NCBI RefSeq assembly: GCF_046105845.1
Contig: NZ_CP151004.1
Length of the DNA stretch: 64,000 nucleotides
Direction: 5' to 3' (one strand)
Source of the DNA: Escherichia coli
Lineage (GTDB): Bacteria; Pseudomonadota; Gammaproteobacteria; Enterobacterales; Enterobacteriaceae
In this document: positions 22,801 to 35,116 of the stretch, in pieces
How positions within the stretch are numbered: the stretch's first letter is position 1
Layout: every line of letters starts with the position of its first letter
Translations under genes and position numbers: made by a program
The notes under the pieces: generated by a model
Database searches by the model: none
Told to the model about the DNA's origin: nothing
The model's input: the letters and a program-made list of their open reading frames with translations, nothing else

Positions 22801-24423
22801 AAATTGCTGGCGGAAGTAATCGTAAATAATGCGCGGCTGACTGGAGAGCACGGCGAATGGGGTGTCGTCGCCCATCGAACCGACCGCTTCCTGACCGTTT
22901 TCGCCCAGTACGCGAATTACGGAGTCCAGCTCTTCCGCGCTGTAGTTAAACTGTTTCTGGTAGCTGGCAAGTGTGTCGTCGTCCAGTTCGCGGCTACCTA
23001 CTTCTTCATCGGGCAGATCTTCAAACGGTACCAGTCGGCGGACGTTTTTCTCCATCCACTCTTTATATGGATGGCGGCTTTTCAGATCGTCATCGGTTTC
23101 TGCCGAGTGCAGAATACGCCCACTGCGGGTGTCGATAACCATCAGTTCGCCTGGCCCGACGCGGCCTTTTTCGACCACTTCGTCAGGCTGGTAATCCCAG
23201 ATACCGACTTCAGAGGCGCAGGTGATGAGCTTATCTTTGGTGATGACGTAGCGCGCCGGACGCAGACCGTTACGGTCGAGGTTACAGGCAGCGAAGCGAC
23301 CATCGGACATCACGATGCCCGCCGGACCATCCCACGGCTCCATATGCATGGAGTTAAAGTCAAAGAAGGCACGCAGTTCCGGGTCCATATCCGGGTTGTT
23401 CTGCCAGGCGGGTGGTACTAACAGACGCATGGCGCGGATGATATCCATCCCGCCTGCCAGCAGCAGTTCCAGCATGTTATCCATCGAACTGGAGTCAGAA
23501 CCGGTTTCGTTGACGAACGGCGCGGCGTCGTGCAGGTCAGGGATCAGCGGCGTCTGGAATTTATAGGTACGTGCGCGCGCCCATTGGCGGTTACCGGTGA
23601 TGGTGTTGATTTCACCGTTATGCGCCAGGTAGCGGAACGGCTGCGCCAGCGGCCAGCGCGGTACGGTGTTAGTGGAAAAGCGCTGGTGAAACAGGCAGAT
23701 GGCCGATTCCAGACGCAGGTCCGCGAGGTCCAGGTAGAAGCGCGGCAGATCCGCCGGCATACACAGACCTTTATAGATGTTCACCAGATTCGACAGGCTA
23801 CAGACGTAGAAGTCTTTGTCGGCTTCGAGACGCTTTTCAATGCGGCGGCGGGCGATAAACAGACGGCGCTCCATATCGCGCGGACGCCAGCCTGCCGGGG
23901 CGTTCACAAAAATTTGCTCAATGCGTGGCAGAGAGGAGAGGGCGATTTCACCCAGCACGCCTTCGTTAGTGGGGACATCACGCCAGCCCACAATCGACAA
24001 CGTTTCGCGTTGCAGCTCTTCTTCAACGATGTGGCGTGCGGCAGCAGCGAGTTCAGGATCTTTATTCAGGAATAGCATCCCGACGGCGTAGTTTTTTGCT
24101 AAACGCCAGCCGCGCTCCTGCGCAACGATGCGAAAAAAGCGATCCGGTTTTTGTAACAGCAAGCCGCAACCGTCACCGGTTTTACCATCGGCGAGAATCG
24201 CGCCACGGTGCTGCATGCGGGCCAGTGCGTGTATTGCAGTACGCACTACCTTGTGGCTAGGTTCGCCTTCTATGTGGGCGATCAGGCCGAAACCACAGTT
24301 ATCCCTCTCAAGGGATTTATCGTACAACATATCGTGAACCTCCCCCAGGCTCTGCGGGAACCCCACTTCCGAACCGCTGCGCACGGGCACAGAAAGAGCG
24401 TGGCGACGGGGGTTGCGTGTCAT
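19870..24423 (-). CDS. gltB: Glutamate synthase large subunit
   Basis: Track ORF 1522 aa; start at [12 protein letters not shown] gives 1517 aa; N-terminal propeptide before Ntn Cys in ERDNCGFGL; 12 nt upstream of gltD. Confidence 0.93.
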
Positions 24424-24439
24424 ACGCGCGCCTCGCATT

Positions 24440-24800
24440 CGCCCCCTTGTTGTCCTTTTCGCATCGGTTAATACGGTGAAGAGGGGATCTCAATTACTGC
24501 ATAAATATGATGAGCAGGCTGCTCATCCAGAAAGCTTCCAGCGGATTTCCAACTTATCGGGAAAGCTGATACAGGTCAAATGGCAAGCTTATTGGTACAG
24601 AAATGTGCTTTAGCGCAAAATTCTTTATTAAATGGCTGAAATTAAAATAGATTTTATCTTTAAGGCTAAAAGGGAAGTCGTTAGAGAAACAGTCAATTCC
24701 TGACTGTCATAAAGGCGTGTTAACCCTTATCCTGCCTTGAACTGACGAGAAAACCAGCATTTTATACTGCCTTAATTGATAATGACGTTTCATGCTACTG
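24440..24800 (-). promoter_or_regulatory. gltBD promoter and upstream regulatory region
   Basis: Long AT-rich non-coding stretch upstream of gltB; K-12 equivalent carries global-regulator binding sites; individual sites not mapped here. Confidence 0.4.
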
Positions 24801-25004
24801 TTTTTGCCTAAAATCCATAAGGAGATAAAAAAATCTGACACAAGATAAGCAAAAGTGATTTATGTGATTATGCATGAAATTTCGGTAATTTTGATTGATT
24901 ATGCAGTTGATAAAAGCAGGCCGGGACGATTGATCCAGGTCATCGCCGAATTGGGCTAAAAATGGCAGGCTTTGGCCTCTTTTCAAGGCGCGGTCTATCA
25001 GATT

Positions 25005-25934
25005 ATGCAGTTACAGAAATTAGTCAATATGTTTGGTGGTGATCTCACCCGTCGTTATGGGCAAAAGGTGCATAAGCTGACGCTGCACGGCGGTTTTAGC
25101 TGCCCTAACCGTGACGGTACCATCGGGCGTGGTGGCTGCACATTCTGTAATGTTGCCTCGTTTGCCGATGAAGCGCAGCAACATCGTTCCATTGCCGAAC
25201 AACTGGCGCACCAGGCGAATTTAGTTAACCGCGCTAAACGCTATCTGGCCTACTTTCAGGCGTATACCAGCACCTTTGCGGAAGTTCAGGTGCTGCGTTC
25301 TATGTATCAGCAGGCGGTGAGCCAGGCCAATATTGTCGGTTTGTGTGTTGGTACCCGCCCGGACTGCGTGCCGGATGCAGTGCTGGATCTGCTTTGTGAA
25401 TATAAAGACCAGGGCTACGAAGTGTGGCTGGAGCTGGGGCTACAAACCGCCCACGACAAAACGCTACATCGCATTAATCGCGGTCATGATTTTGCCTGCT
25501 ATCAGCGCACGACGCAGCTGGCGCGTGAGCGCGGGCTGAAGGTGTGTTCTCACTTAATTGTCGGCCTGCCTGGCGAAGGGCAGGCTGAATGTTTGCAAAC
25601 GCTGGAGCGAGTGGTTGAAACCGGCGTGGACGGCATAAAGCTGCATCCGCTGCATATAGTAAAAGGCAGCATTATGGCGAAAGCCTGGGAAGCGGGGCGT
25701 TTGAATGGTATTGAACTGGAGGATTACACGCTCACTGCCGGAGAAATGATTCGCCATACGCCACCGGAAGTGATCTACCACCGCATTTCCGCCAGCGCCC
25801 GTCGCCCGACGCTGCTTGCTCCGCTGTGGTGCGAAAATCGATGGACGGGAATGGTCGAGCTGGATCGCTATCTGAATGAACATGGCGTACAGGGATCGGC
25901 GCTGGGACGTCCGTGGCTACCTCCTACGGAGTAG
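25005..25934 (+). CDS. yhcC: Radical SAM protein YhcC
   Basis: Start at MQLQKLVNMFGG gives 309 aa; Cys cluster CPNRDGTIGRGGCTFC. Confidence 0.85.
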   Translation: MQLQKLVNMFGGDLTRRYGQKVHKLTLHGGFSCPNRDGTIGRGGCTFCNVASFADEAQQHRSIAEQLAHQANLVNRAKRYLAYFQAYTSTFAEVQVLRSMYQQAVSQANIVGLCVGTRPDCVPDAVLDLLCEYKDQGYEVWLELGLQTAHDKTLHRINRGHDFACYQRTTQLARERGLKVCSHLIVGLPGEGQAECLQTLERVVETGVDGIKLHPLHIVKGSIMAKAWEAGRLNGIELEDYTLTAGEMIRHTPPEVIYHRISASARRPTLLAPLWCENRWTGMVELDRYLNEHGVQGSALGRPWLPPTE

Positions 25935-26029
25935 GTCATTGAGGGGAATTCCGCATTTCTCACACAATTTATAACGTAACTGTCAGAATTGGGTATTATT
26001 GGGGCAGGTTGTCGTGAAGGAATTCCCTA

Positions 26030-28366
26030 ATGAAGCAAATTCGTCTGCTGGCGCAGTATTATGTTGACCTGATGATGAAGTTAGGTCTGGTGCGCTTCTC
26101 AATGTTGCTGGCGCTGGCCCTCGTCGTTCTTGCCATTGTGGTACAAATGGCGGTAACCATGGTGCTGCATGGTCAGGTCGAAAGCATTGATGTTATTCGT
26201 TCTATCTTCTTTGGTTTGCTGATTACGCCGTGGGCGGTCTACTTTCTATCGGTGGTCGTCGAGCAACTGGAGGAGTCACGGCAACGTCTGTCACGGCTGG
26301 TGCAAAAACTGGAGGAGATGCGCGAGCGCGATTTGAGCCTCAACGTTCAGTTAAAAGATAATATTGCCCAGCTAAATCAGGAAATCGCCGTTCGTGAAAA
26401 AGCGGAAGCAGAACTGCAGGAAACCTTCGGCCAACTGAAAATTGAAATCAAAGAGCGCGAAGAGACACAAATTCAGCTCGAGCAGCAATCCTCATTCTTA
26501 CGTTCCTTCCTTGACGCTTCACCCGACCTGGTTTTTTATCGTAACGAAGATAAAGAGTTTTCCGGCTGTAACCGCGCGATGGAGCTGCTGACCGGAAAAA
26601 GCGAAAAACAACTGGTTCACCTGAAACCTGCTGATGTTTACTCACCGGAAGCCGCTGCGAAAGTCATTGAAACCGATGAAAAAGTGTTCCGTCATAATGT
26701 GTCACTGACCTATGAGCAGTGGCTGGATTATCCCGACGGACGCAAAGCCTGCTTTGAAATTCGTAAAGTGCCGTACTACGACCGCGTGGGTAAACGTCAC
26801 GGTTTGATGGGCTTTGGTCGCGACATTACCGAGCGTAAGCGGTATCAGGATGCGCTTGAACGGGCCAGCCGCGACAAAACGACGTTTATCTCCACCATCA
26901 GTCACGAATTGCGTACACCGCTGAACGGTATCGTCGGCCTGAGCCGCATCCTACTGGATACCGAACTCACCGCCGAGCAGGAAAAATATCTCAAAACCAT
27001 CCATGTTTCGGCCGTCACGCTCGGGAATATCTTCAACGATATTATCGACATGGATAAGATGGAACGGCGTAAGGTCCAGCTTGATAATCAGCCGGTTGAT
27101 TTCACCAGCTTCCTTGCCGATCTGGAAAATCTCTCCGCATTGCAGGCGCAACAAAAAGGATTGCGCTTTAATCTGGAGCCTACGCTGCCATTACCGCATC
27201 AGGTCATTACCGACGGGACGCGTTTACGGCAGATCCTGTGGAACCTCATCAGTAACGCCGTCAAATTCACCCAGCAAGGCCAGGTTACTGTGCGCGTGCG
27301 CTACGATGAAGGCGATATGCTGCATTTTGAAGTGGAAGACTCTGGTATCGGCATTCCGCAAGATGAGCTGGATAAAATCTTCGCCATGTATTACCAGGTG
27401 AAAGACAGTCATGGCGGTAAACCTGCCACCGGCACCGGTATTGGTCTGGCCGTTTCTCGTCGTCTGGCGAAAAATATGGGCGGCGATATTACGGTTACCA
27501 GCGAACAGGGCAAAGGTTCAACCTTTACGTTGACGATCCACGCACCGTCGGTAGCAGAAGAGGTTGATGATGCGTTTGATGAAGACGATATGCCTTTACC
27601 GGCGCTGAATGTGCTGCTGGTGGAAGATATTGAACTGAACGTGATTGTCGCACGCTCTGTGCTGGAAAAATTAGGTAACAGCGTTGATGTCGCCATGACC
27701 GGCAAGGCGGCGCTGGAAATGTTTAAACCGGGCGAATACGACCTGGTGTTGCTGGATATTCAGTTGCCAGATATGACCGGGCTGGATATCTCTCGTGAAC
27801 TGACGAAGCGTTATCCGCGCGAGGATTTACCGCCGCTGGTGGCCTTAACCGCTAACGTGCTGAAAGACAAGCAAGAGTACCTCAATGCTGGAATGGATGA
27901 TGTGCTGAGTAAGCCGCTTTCTGTTCCGGCGCTAACCGCGATGATCAAGAAATTCTGGGATACCCAGGATGATGAGGAAAGTACGGTGACGACAGAAGAG
28001 AACAGTAAATCAGAAGCATTGCTCGATATTCCCATGCTGGAACAGTATCTCGAACTTGTAGGACCGAAGCTGATCACCGACGGGTTAGCGGTGTTTGAGA
28101 AGATGATGCCGGGCTATGTCAGCGTGCTGGAGTCGAATCTGACGGCGCAGGATAAAAAAGGCATTGTTGAGGAAGGACATAAAATTAAAGGTGCGGCGGG
28201 GTCAGTGGGGTTACGCCATCTGCAACAGCTGGGTCAGCAAATTCAGTCTCCTGACCTTCCCGCCTGGGAAGATAACGTCGGTGAATGGATTGAAGAGATG
28301 AAAGAAGAGTGGCGTCACGACGTAGAAGTGCTGAAAGCGTGGGTGGCAAAAGCCACTAAAAAATGA
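26030..28366 (+). CDS. arcB: Aerobic respiration control sensor histidine kinase
   Basis: 778-aa ORF with two N-terminal TM segments, HisKA motif (SHELRTP), receiver and HPt domains. Confidence 0.95.
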   Translation: MKQIRLLAQYYVDLMMKLGLVRFSMLLALALVVLAIVVQMAVTMVLHGQVESIDVIRSIFFGLLITPWAVYFLSVVVEQLEESRQRLSRLVQKLEEMRERDLSLNVQLKDNIAQLNQEIAVREKAEAELQETFGQLKIEIKEREETQIQLEQQSSFLRSFLDASPDLVFYRNEDKEFSGCNRAMELLTGKSEKQLVHLKPADVYSPEAAAKVIETDEKVFRHNVSLTYEQWLDYPDGRKACFEIRKVPYYDRVGKRHGLMGFGRDITERKRYQDALERASRDKTTFISTISHELRTPLNGIVGLSRILLDTELTAEQEKYLKTIHVSAVTLGNIFNDIIDMDKMERRKVQLDNQPVDFTSFLADLENLSALQAQQKGLRFNLEPTLPLPHQVITDGTRLRQILWNLISNAVKFTQQGQVTVRVRYDEGDMLHFEVEDSGIGIPQDELDKIFAMYYQVKDSHGGKPATGTGIGLAVSRRLAKNMGGDITVTSEQGKGSTFTLTIHAPSVAEEVDDAFDEDDMPLPALNVLLVEDIELNVIVARSVLEKLGNSVDVAMTGKAALEMFKPGEYDLVLLDIQLPDMTGLDISRELTKRYPREDLPPLVALTANVLKDKQEYLNAGMDDVLSKPLSVPALTAMIKKFWDTQDDEESTVTTEENSKSEALLDIPMLEQYLELVGPKLITDGLAVFEKMMPGYVSVLESNLTAQDKKGIVEEGHKIKGAAGSVGLRHLQQLGQQIQSPDLPAWEDNVGEWIEEMKEEWRHDVEVLKAWVAKATKK

Positions 28367-28478
28367 CCCCGGCTAGACCGGGGTGCGCGAATACTGCGCC
28401 AACACCAGGGAAATCTTGGCTGCGCCGTAAATTATTATGATGAGTTACAAGGGCACAGCACTGTTTTTCAGGCCGCAC
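28358..28478 (-). ncRNA. arcZ: ArcZ small RNA (Hfq-dependent)
   Basis: Minus strand reads GTGCGGCCTGAAAAACAG...CCCCGGTCTAGCCGGGGTCATTTTTT, matching recalled ArcZ; terminator overlaps arcB stop codon; about 121 nt. Confidence 0.8.
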
Positions 28479-28595
28479 GCAGTTAAGATAGCAAAACTTA
28501 AATGATTTGTTACATGAATCAGTTAAATGTGTGATGCGTAGCATTTTTATTAAAAAAATTAATGTGTTTCAGTCAATTGCGAAAGGATGATCACA

Positions 28596-29249
28596 ATGAA
28601 GAAAATTGGCGTAATTCTGAGCGGATGCGGCGTCTATGACGGTTCTGAAATTCATGAAGCGGTGTTGACGTTGTTAGCTATTTCACGCAGCGGTGCGCAG
28701 GCGGTCTGCTTTGCACCGGATAAGCAGCAGGTTGATGTTATCAACCATTTAACGGGCGAAGCGATGACGGAAACGCGCAATGTGCTGATTGAAGCGGCAC
28801 GAATAACGCGCGGTGAAATCCGTCCTCTGGCTCAGGCCGATGCCGCTGAACTGGATGCGTTGATTGTGCCGGGGGGGTTTGGCGCGGCGAAGAATTTAAG
28901 CAATTTTGCCAGTCTTGGTAGCGAATGCACCGTTGACCGTGAATTAAAGGCGCTGGCACAAGCGATGCATCAGGCCGGAAAACCGCTTGGTTTTATGTGT
29001 ATTGCCCCGGCGATGCTGCCGAAAATTTTCGATTTCCCGCTGCGTTTGACCATCGGTACTGATATCGATACCGCAGAAGTGCTGGAAGAGATGGGCGCGG
29101 AGCATGTGCCGTGTCCTGTCGATGATATCGTGGTTGATGAAGACAATAAGATTGTCACCACCCCGGCATATATGCTGGCGCAGAACATTGCAGAAGCGGC
29201 GAGCGGCATTGATAAGCTGATTTCCCGCGTGCTGGTTCTGGCTGAATGA
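28596..29249 (+). CDS. elbB: DJ-1/PfpI-family protein ElbB
   Basis: Start at [21 protein letters not shown] gives 217 aa. Confidence 0.88.
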   Translation: MKKIGVILSGCGVYDGSEIHEAVLTLLAISRSGAQAVCFAPDKQQVDVINHLTGEAMTETRNVLIEAARITRGEIRPLAQADAAELDALIVPGGFGAAKNLSNFASLGSECTVDRELKALAQAMHQAGKPLGFMCIAPAMLPKIFDFPLRLTIGTDIDTAEVLEEMGAEHVPCPVDDIVVDEDNKIVTTPAYMLAQNIAEAASGIDKLISRVLVLAE

Positions 29250-29974
29250 GTAAAAGCCGCTTAACGGTGTTTAGTTTCATTCGCCGTTTTCTTCTGCGGT
29301 TAATGGTTGTCCTCGCCGTTTTCTGGGGCGGGGGCATCGCGTTGTTTAGCGTTGCGCCTGTTCCTTTCTCAGCGGTAATGGCCGAGCGACAAGTCAGCGC
29401 CTGGCTGCATGGCAATTTTCGTTACGTGGCACATTCTGACTGGGTCAGTATGGATCAAATTTCGCCGTGGATGGGACTGGCGGTGATTGCCGCAGAAGAT
29501 CAGAAGTTTCCTGAGCACTGGGGCTTTGATGTCGCCTCCATTGAGCAAGCCCTGGCCCACAACGAGCGCAATGAAAACCGTATTCGCGGTGCGTCAACGA
29601 TTTCTCAGCAGACAGCCAAAAATCTCTTTTTATGGGATGGGCGTAGCTGGGTTCGAAAAGGGCTGGAAGCTGGATTAACGCTGGGGATAGAAACAGTCTG
29701 GAGCAAAAAGCGTATCCTGACGGTTTACCTGAATATCGCCGAATTTGGCGACGGTGTGTTTGGCGTCGAAGCTGCGGCACAACGTTATTTCCACAAACCC
29801 GCGAGCAAACTTACCCGGTCGGAAGCTGCATTACTGGCAGCTGTATTACCTAATCCACTTCGTTTCAAAGTCTCCGCGCCATCGGGCTACGTGCGTGGCC
29901 GTCAGGCGTGGATTTTACGGCAGATGTATCAGTTAGGCGGTGAGTCGTTTATGCAACAGCACCAGCTGGATTAA
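29246..29974 (+). CDS. mtgA: Monofunctional peptidoglycan glycosyltransferase
   Basis: 242-aa ORF with N-terminal TM and transglycosylase motifs; ATGA overlap with elbB. Confidence 0.9.
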   Translation: MSKSRLTVFSFIRRFLLRLMVVLAVFWGGGIALFSVAPVPFSAVMAERQVSAWLHGNFRYVAHSDWVSMDQISPWMGLAVIAAEDQKFPEHWGFDVASIEQALAHNERNENRIRGASTISQQTAKNLFLWDGRSWVRKGLEAGLTLGIETVWSKKRILTVYLNIAEFGDGVFGVEAAAQRYFHKPASKLTRSEAALLAAVLPNPLRFKVSAPSGYVRGRQAWILRQMYQLGGESFMQQHQLD

Positions 29975-30603
29975 GCTTCGCGCGAAGTGAGGGCCAGCGT
30001 TTTGCTCTCACGAGGTTGCAGATCTTTCTGCAGGGCAATAGCCAGCGCCGGTTGGGCGATAAATCGTTTCCATAACCGCTCTTGCTTACGCAGACAACAC
30101 CACTTCGACCAGGTCGCCAGTGGAATCAATGTGCTTTCACCAATGTTGTCGCAGACGACTGGGATAACCTCTGACTCACTGATGCGGTGACAGAGGATAT
30201 TCTGCGGCTTCAGCGACATCGTCACGATACGGTTATCCTGCAAATAACGCTTCAGCTGTTTCAGTAACTGGCGCAGTTGTGCAATGTCTTCTTCGTAACG
30301 GCATTGTTCTGCAAATTCGGTCAGCGTAATGGAAGGCTTGCCGTCGAAATCGGCAATCACATCGTAGACATAACCGGTTCCGCAATCCGTCTCAACGGTA
30401 CCGTGATAGCGCGGTATTCCACTCCAGTCTTTTAACCGGCGACCAAGATGCGCGTAGTACTTTAACTCACGGCGGATCTCTTTATCGCCACCATCGCCAC
30501 GATGGTAGACAATCTTGATACAGCGTTGGGCATCTTCCGGATGCGCATAACATTTCCGATGTCTTCCGGTGCCCAGGGGACTTTGTTCAGATAAGCGAAT
30601 CAT
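29971..30603 (-). CDS. yrbL: Uncharacterised protein YrbL
   Basis: 210-aa ORF matching YrbL length and position. Confidence 0.8.
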   Translation of the reverse strand: MIRLSEQSPLGTGRHRKCYAHPEDAQRCIKIVYHRGDGGDKEIRRELKYYAHLGRRLKDWSGIPRYHGTVETDCGTGYVYDVIADFDGKPSITLTEFAEQCRYEEDIAQLRQLLKQLKRYLQDNRIVTMSLKPQNILCHRISESEVIPVVCDNIGESTLIPLATWSKWCCLRKQERLWKRFIAQPALAIALQKDLQPRESKTLALTSREA

Positions 30604-30815
30604 GCCATCTCCTGGAAATATTTTCTGACGATCTCCAGTATGGTCGATTAACTTAAACGAAACCTAAACAATGCTTCTTAAGGTTTTCTTAAGGTTCTTC
30701 TGAAAGTAAAAAGCGCACGAAATGTACAATTGACGTTGATTGAGAACGATTTCAGTACGCGCTTTTCTTATTGCCGGGGGAGCTTGAAGGGATTTGAATG
30801 TCAAAGTGATGAAGA

Positions 30816-31088
30816 TTAATCTTCATCAAAACCAGAGTTAAAGAGGGCGATAACGGCGGCCAGTGCTTCCTCTTCCTGTGGACCGGTCGCTTCAACTTCA
30901 ATCTGCCGTCCTTTGGCAGAATCCAACATCAGCAGCGCAATAACGCTGTTGGCTTCAGCCTCGGTGCCTTCGTCATTACGTAACAGCACTTCAGCGTCAA
31001 AACCTTGCATTAATTCAAACAGCTTCATTGCAGGCCGGGCATGCATGCCCAGCTTGTTTGTGATTTCAACAGTTTGCTTGACGGTCAT
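30816..31088 (-). CDS. ptsO: Nitrogen-related PTS phosphocarrier protein NPr
   Basis: 90-aa HPr-like ORF ([20 protein letters not shown]). Confidence 0.92.
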
Positions 31089-31939
31089 GGTTTACGTTTT
31101 TCCAGCGTACGATGGCGTGACTGGACATTTTTACCGCGCGAGCGGAAGTAGTCTGCCAGTTGCTCTGCAATATACACCGAACGGTGCTTCCCGCCGGTAC
31201 AACCAATGGCGACCGTCAGGTAGCTACGGTTGTTGGTTTCCAGCATAGGTAACCATAGCTCAAGATAGCTTCGCGTCTGGTAGATAAAATTGTGTACTTC
31301 TGTGTGGCGGTCGAGGAACGCGGCGACAGGTTTATCAAGACCTGTCATTGGACGCAGTTTCGGATCCCAGTGCGGGTTCGGCAAGAAGCGCACGTCAAAG
31401 ACGTAATCTGCATCGATAGGGATACCGTGTTTGAAGCCGAAAGACTCAAAGACCATGGTCAGTTCGCGTTCACGTTTACCCAGCAGACGGGTACGCAGCA
31501 TTTCAGCCAGCTCGTGAACGGACATTTCTGAGGTATCGACAATCAGATCCGCTCGCGAACGCAGAGGCTCCAGCAAATCGCTTTCTTTGTCGATAGCACT
31601 TTCCAGCGACAGGTTTTTGCTGGAAAGCGGATGCAGTCGGCGCGTGTCACTGTAACGACGAATTAAGGTATTACGGTCGGCATCCAGGAACAGTAGTTGC
31701 GGTGAGAAAGCGTCAGGCAGGTTACTCATCGCCTGTTCGAATATTTCTGGTGACTCCGGCATATTACGAACATCAATGCTGACGGCGGCAGAAATCTCGC
31801 GATCGGCCAGGGTTCGAGCCAGATCGGGTAACAACACTACGGGAAGGTTATCCACGCAGTAAAAACCCATATCTTCCAGCGCACGCAGGGCGACAGATTT
31901 ACCTGAACCTGAACGTCCGCTGACGATCATCAGTACCAT
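31085..31939 (-). CDS. rapZ: RNase adaptor protein RapZ
   Basis: 284-aa ORF with Walker A GRSGSGKS; overlaps ptsO start. Confidence 0.92.
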
Positions 31940-31984
31940 GTACTGTTTCTCCTCACAACGTCTAAAAGAGACATTACCGAATAA

Positions 31985-32476
31985 CTACGCTTCATCCGGA
32001 GTACCTTCGGTATCCGTAATGATTTGATACAGCTCTTCATCGCTCTGGGCTGCGCGTAAACGGCGGCAGATGGTTTTGTCCGCCAGACGTTTCGCCACCA
32101 GCGACAGAGTATGCAGGTGCGTTTTGGTTTGGTCAGCCGGCACCAGCAGGGCAAAAAGTAAATCCACCGGTTGGTTGTCGATGGCATCGAAAGCTATAGG
32201 CGTTTCGAGCTGAACGAAAACGCCAACGGCGCGCAGAGTATCTTCTTCCAGTTTGCCATGCGGAATAGCAATACCATTGCCGATACCGGTACTGCCCATT
32301 TTTTCCCGCGTCAGGATAGCTTCAAAAACCACCTGAGGCGGCAGGCTAAGTTGTTTCGCCGCCAGCTCGCTGATGATTTCCAGGGCGCGTTTTTTGCTCT
32401 GACAGTGGACGCGGCTTCGCGTACATTCCCTGTTAAGAACACTGCTAAGCTGTAGAGTTGTATCATTATTTGTCAT
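31985..32476 (-). CDS. ptsN: Nitrogen-related PTS enzyme IIA
   Basis: Start at MTNNDTTLQLSSVL gives 163 aa. Confidence 0.92.
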   Translation of the reverse strand: MTNNDTTLQLSSVLNRECTRSRVHCQSKKRALEIISELAAKQLSLPPQVVFEAILTREKMGSTGIGNGIAIPHGKLEEDTLRAVGVFVQLETPIAFDAIDNQPVDLLFALLVPADQTKTHLHTLSLVAKRLADKTICRRLRAAQSDEELYQIITDTEGTPDEA

Positions 32477-32593
32477 AATTTCACCTAAGAACCTGCCCAC
32501 TCAAACAGTGGAACAGGCTCGGAGCATTAACCGTACAAATGGCCCGTTGTGCCGCACAACAGGCCGCCATGCACATGCTAATTGCCCGGACAA

Positions 32594-32881
32594 TTAGTGT
32601 TGTTTCAGTTTATCTTTATGTTTGGTCAACTGGCGTGCCAGCTTATCAATTAAGCCATCAATGGCAGCGTACATGTCCTGACCTTCCGCGCTGGCATGAA
32701 TTTCACCACCGTTTACATGCAGTGTTGCATCTGAGGTGTGGGTGACTTTCTCCACTTTCAGAACAACATAGACCTGGTTGATTCGGTCAAAATATTGCTC
32801 AAGTTTGGCAAATTTGGCTGTAACAAATTCGCGCAGTGCCTCGGTGATCTCGACGTTATTTCCGGTAATGTTGAGCTGCAT
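32594..32881 (-). CDS. hpf: Ribosome hibernation promoting factor
   Basis: Start at MQLNITGNNVEIT with AGGAAGA SD gives 95 aa. Confidence 0.92.
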   Translation of the reverse strand: MQLNITGNNVEITEALREFVTAKFAKLEQYFDRINQVYVVLKVEKVTHTSDATLHVNGGEIHASAEGQDMYAAIDGLIDKLARQLTKHKDKLKQH

Positions 32882-32903
32882 AGTGTCTTCCTTATCGGTT
32901 GGG

Positions 32904-34337
32904 TCAAACGAGCTGTTTACGCTGGTTTGACGGCGGAATGGATAAAGACTCTCGGTACTTCGCAACAGTGCGGCGTGCCACCATGATACCTTGTTCCGAC
33001 AGCAAAGAGGTTAACTTGCTGTCGCTCAACGGCTTCGCTGGGTTTTCCGCCGCGATTAATTTCTTCACCAGTGCACGAATCGCCGTGGAGGAGGCTTCGC
33101 CGCCGCCCTCGGTATTGACGTGACTGGAAAAGAAATACTTCAGTTCAAAAATGCCTCGTGGACTATGCAGGTATTTTTGCGTGGTCACGCGAGATATCGT
33201 CGATTCATGCATTTCGACAGCCTGGGCGATATCGGCCAGTACCATCGGTTTCATATATTCTTCGCCTTGCTCAAAGAAGGCTTGCTGCTGTTCAACGATA
33301 CAGCGACTCACGCGCAGTAGCGTATCGTTACGGCTTTCCAGACTCTTGATCAACCATTTGGCATCCTGCAGATTGCTGCGGATAAACTGGCTGTCACCAT
33401 CGTTGCGCGCGTTATTGCACATCGAGGCGTAGTGCTGGTTGATTTGCAGACGCGGAATGCTGTCACTGTTGAGTTCTACCGTCCAGTGACCGTTATGCTT
33501 ACGCACCAGCACATCTGGAATGACATACTCAGGTTCGCCAGTCTGGATCGACTGCCCGGGGCGCGGATCGAGCGACTGGATCAGATTGACGGCTTCTTTC
33601 AGCACATCTTCTTTCAGACGCGTGACGCGCATTAAAGTGCGGAAGTCGTGATTGGCTAACAGATCGAGATGATCGCTAATAATCAGTCTGGCCTCTTCCA
33701 GCCACGGCGTGGTCTTATCGAATTGGGAGAGTTGGATCAGCAGACAGTCACGCAGATCTTTTGCCGCCACACCGACCGGATCAAACCGTTGGATCCGCTT
33801 AAGGACGGCTTCAACTTCGTCGATGTCGATCTCTTCATCGCCCATACTTTCGAGAATATCTTCCAGCGGGACAGTCAGATAACCGGTGTCATCAACGGCA
33901 TCGACGATAGAGGTAGCAATAGCGCGGTCAGTGTCAGAAAACGGTGTCAACTCGACCTGCCACATCAGGTAATCCTGCAAGGTCTGCGTCGTTTCGCCCT
34001 GATAGACCGGCAGCTCGTCGTCAATGTAGTCACCGCTGGTGCCGGATGGTGTACCAGCGGTGTAAATGGTGTCCCAACTGGCATCGAGCGGCAGCTCTTC
34101 CGGCATCTCTTTTTGTTCGAGCGCGTCGGCGGTGTCCAGCGTTTCACTGTCTTGCGTTTCGCGGGTGTCGATTTCTTCATGAGTGTCGATTTGCTCAAGC
34201 AGCGGATTACTCTCCAGCGCCTGCTGTAGCTCCTGCTGAAGTTCCAGCGTCGACAACTGCAACAGACGAATTGCCTGTTGGAGCTGTGGCGTCATCGCCA
34301 GTTGTTGGCTAAGCCTGAGTTGCAAACCTTGCTTCAT
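32904..34337 (-). CDS. rpoN: RNA polymerase sigma-54 factor
   Basis: 477-aa ORF with Gln-rich N-terminus and RpoN box ([10 protein letters not shown]). Confidence 0.95.
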   Translation of the reverse strand: MKQGLQLRLSQQLAMTPQLQQAIRLLQLSTLELQQELQQALESNPLLEQIDTHEEIDTRETQDSETLDTADALEQKEMPEELPLDASWDTIYTAGTPSGTSGDYIDDELPVYQGETTQTLQDYLMWQVELTPFSDTDRAIATSIVDAVDDTGYLTVPLEDILESMGDEEIDIDEVEAVLKRIQRFDPVGVAAKDLRDCLLIQLSQFDKTTPWLEEARLIISDHLDLLANHDFRTLMRVTRLKEDVLKEAVNLIQSLDPRPGQSIQTGEPEYVIPDVLVRKHNGHWTVELNSDSIPRLQINQHYASMCNNARNDGDSQFIRSNLQDAKWLIKSLESRNDTLLRVSRCIVEQQQAFFEQGEEYMKPMVLADIAQAVEMHESTISRVTTQKYLHSPRGIFELKYFFSSHVNTEGGGEASSTAIRALVKKLIAAENPAKPLSDSKLTSLLSEQGIMVARRTVAKYRESLSIPPSNQRKQLV

Positions 34338-34384
34338 GTTCAGAATCGTACTCTCCTGCTAAAACGTCGCAAACTTCTACCCTA

Positions 34385-35110
34385 TCAGAGTCTGAAGTCT
34401 TCCCCAAGGTATACACGCTTAACGTGTTCGTCTTGTAAGATTTCTGTAGGCGTGCCGTGGGCGATCAAATGCCCCTGACTGACGATATAAGCGCGTTCAC
34501 AAACCGCCAGTGTTTCACGCACGTTGTGGTCAGTGATCAGTACGCCCAAGCCGCTGTCGCGCAGGTGTTCAATGATGCGTTTAATGTCGATAACCGAGAT
34601 CGGGTCAACCCCGGCAAACGGTTCGTCGAGCAGAATAAATTTCGGATTCGCAGCCAGTGCGCGGGCAATTTCTACACGGCGACGTTCACCCCCGGAGAGT
34701 GACTGCCCCATGCTGTCACGCAGGTGCTCAATGTGAAACTCTTCCATCAGCTCGTTCGCGCGGTCTTCACGTTGTTCAGCAGACAAGTCGTCACGAATTT
34801 GCAGTACCGCCATCAGGTTATCGTAAACGCTGAGGCGACGGAAAATGGAGGCTTCCTGTGGCAGATAGCCGATACCGCGGCGCGCGCGTGCATGCAGAGG
34901 CAGCAGACTGATATCGTCATCATCAATAATGATGTTGCCCGCATCGCGCGGCACAATGCCTACAACCATGTAGAAAGTGGTGGTCTTACCGGCACCGTTT
35001 GGCCCCAGCAGACCGACAATTTCCCCGGAGTTGACGGTCAGGCTGACGTCTTCTACCACGCGACGGCCTTTATAGGCTTTTGCAAGGTTCTTTGCAGTTA
35101 ATGTTGCCAT
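34385..35110 (-). CDS. lptB: LPS export ABC transporter ATPase
   Basis: 241-aa ORF; Walker [13 protein letters not shown] signature LSGGERRR. Confidence 0.95.
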
Positions 35111-35116
35111 AACGAA

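Noticed and set aside
20674-24075. Several 140-250 aa plus-strand ORFs
   Set aside because: All lie antisense within gltB; GC-rich long genes generate such frames.
24795-24986. 63-aa minus-strand ORF in gltB-yhcC intergenic region
   Set aside because: AT-rich promoter region, no SD, overlaps the likely yhcC 5' region.
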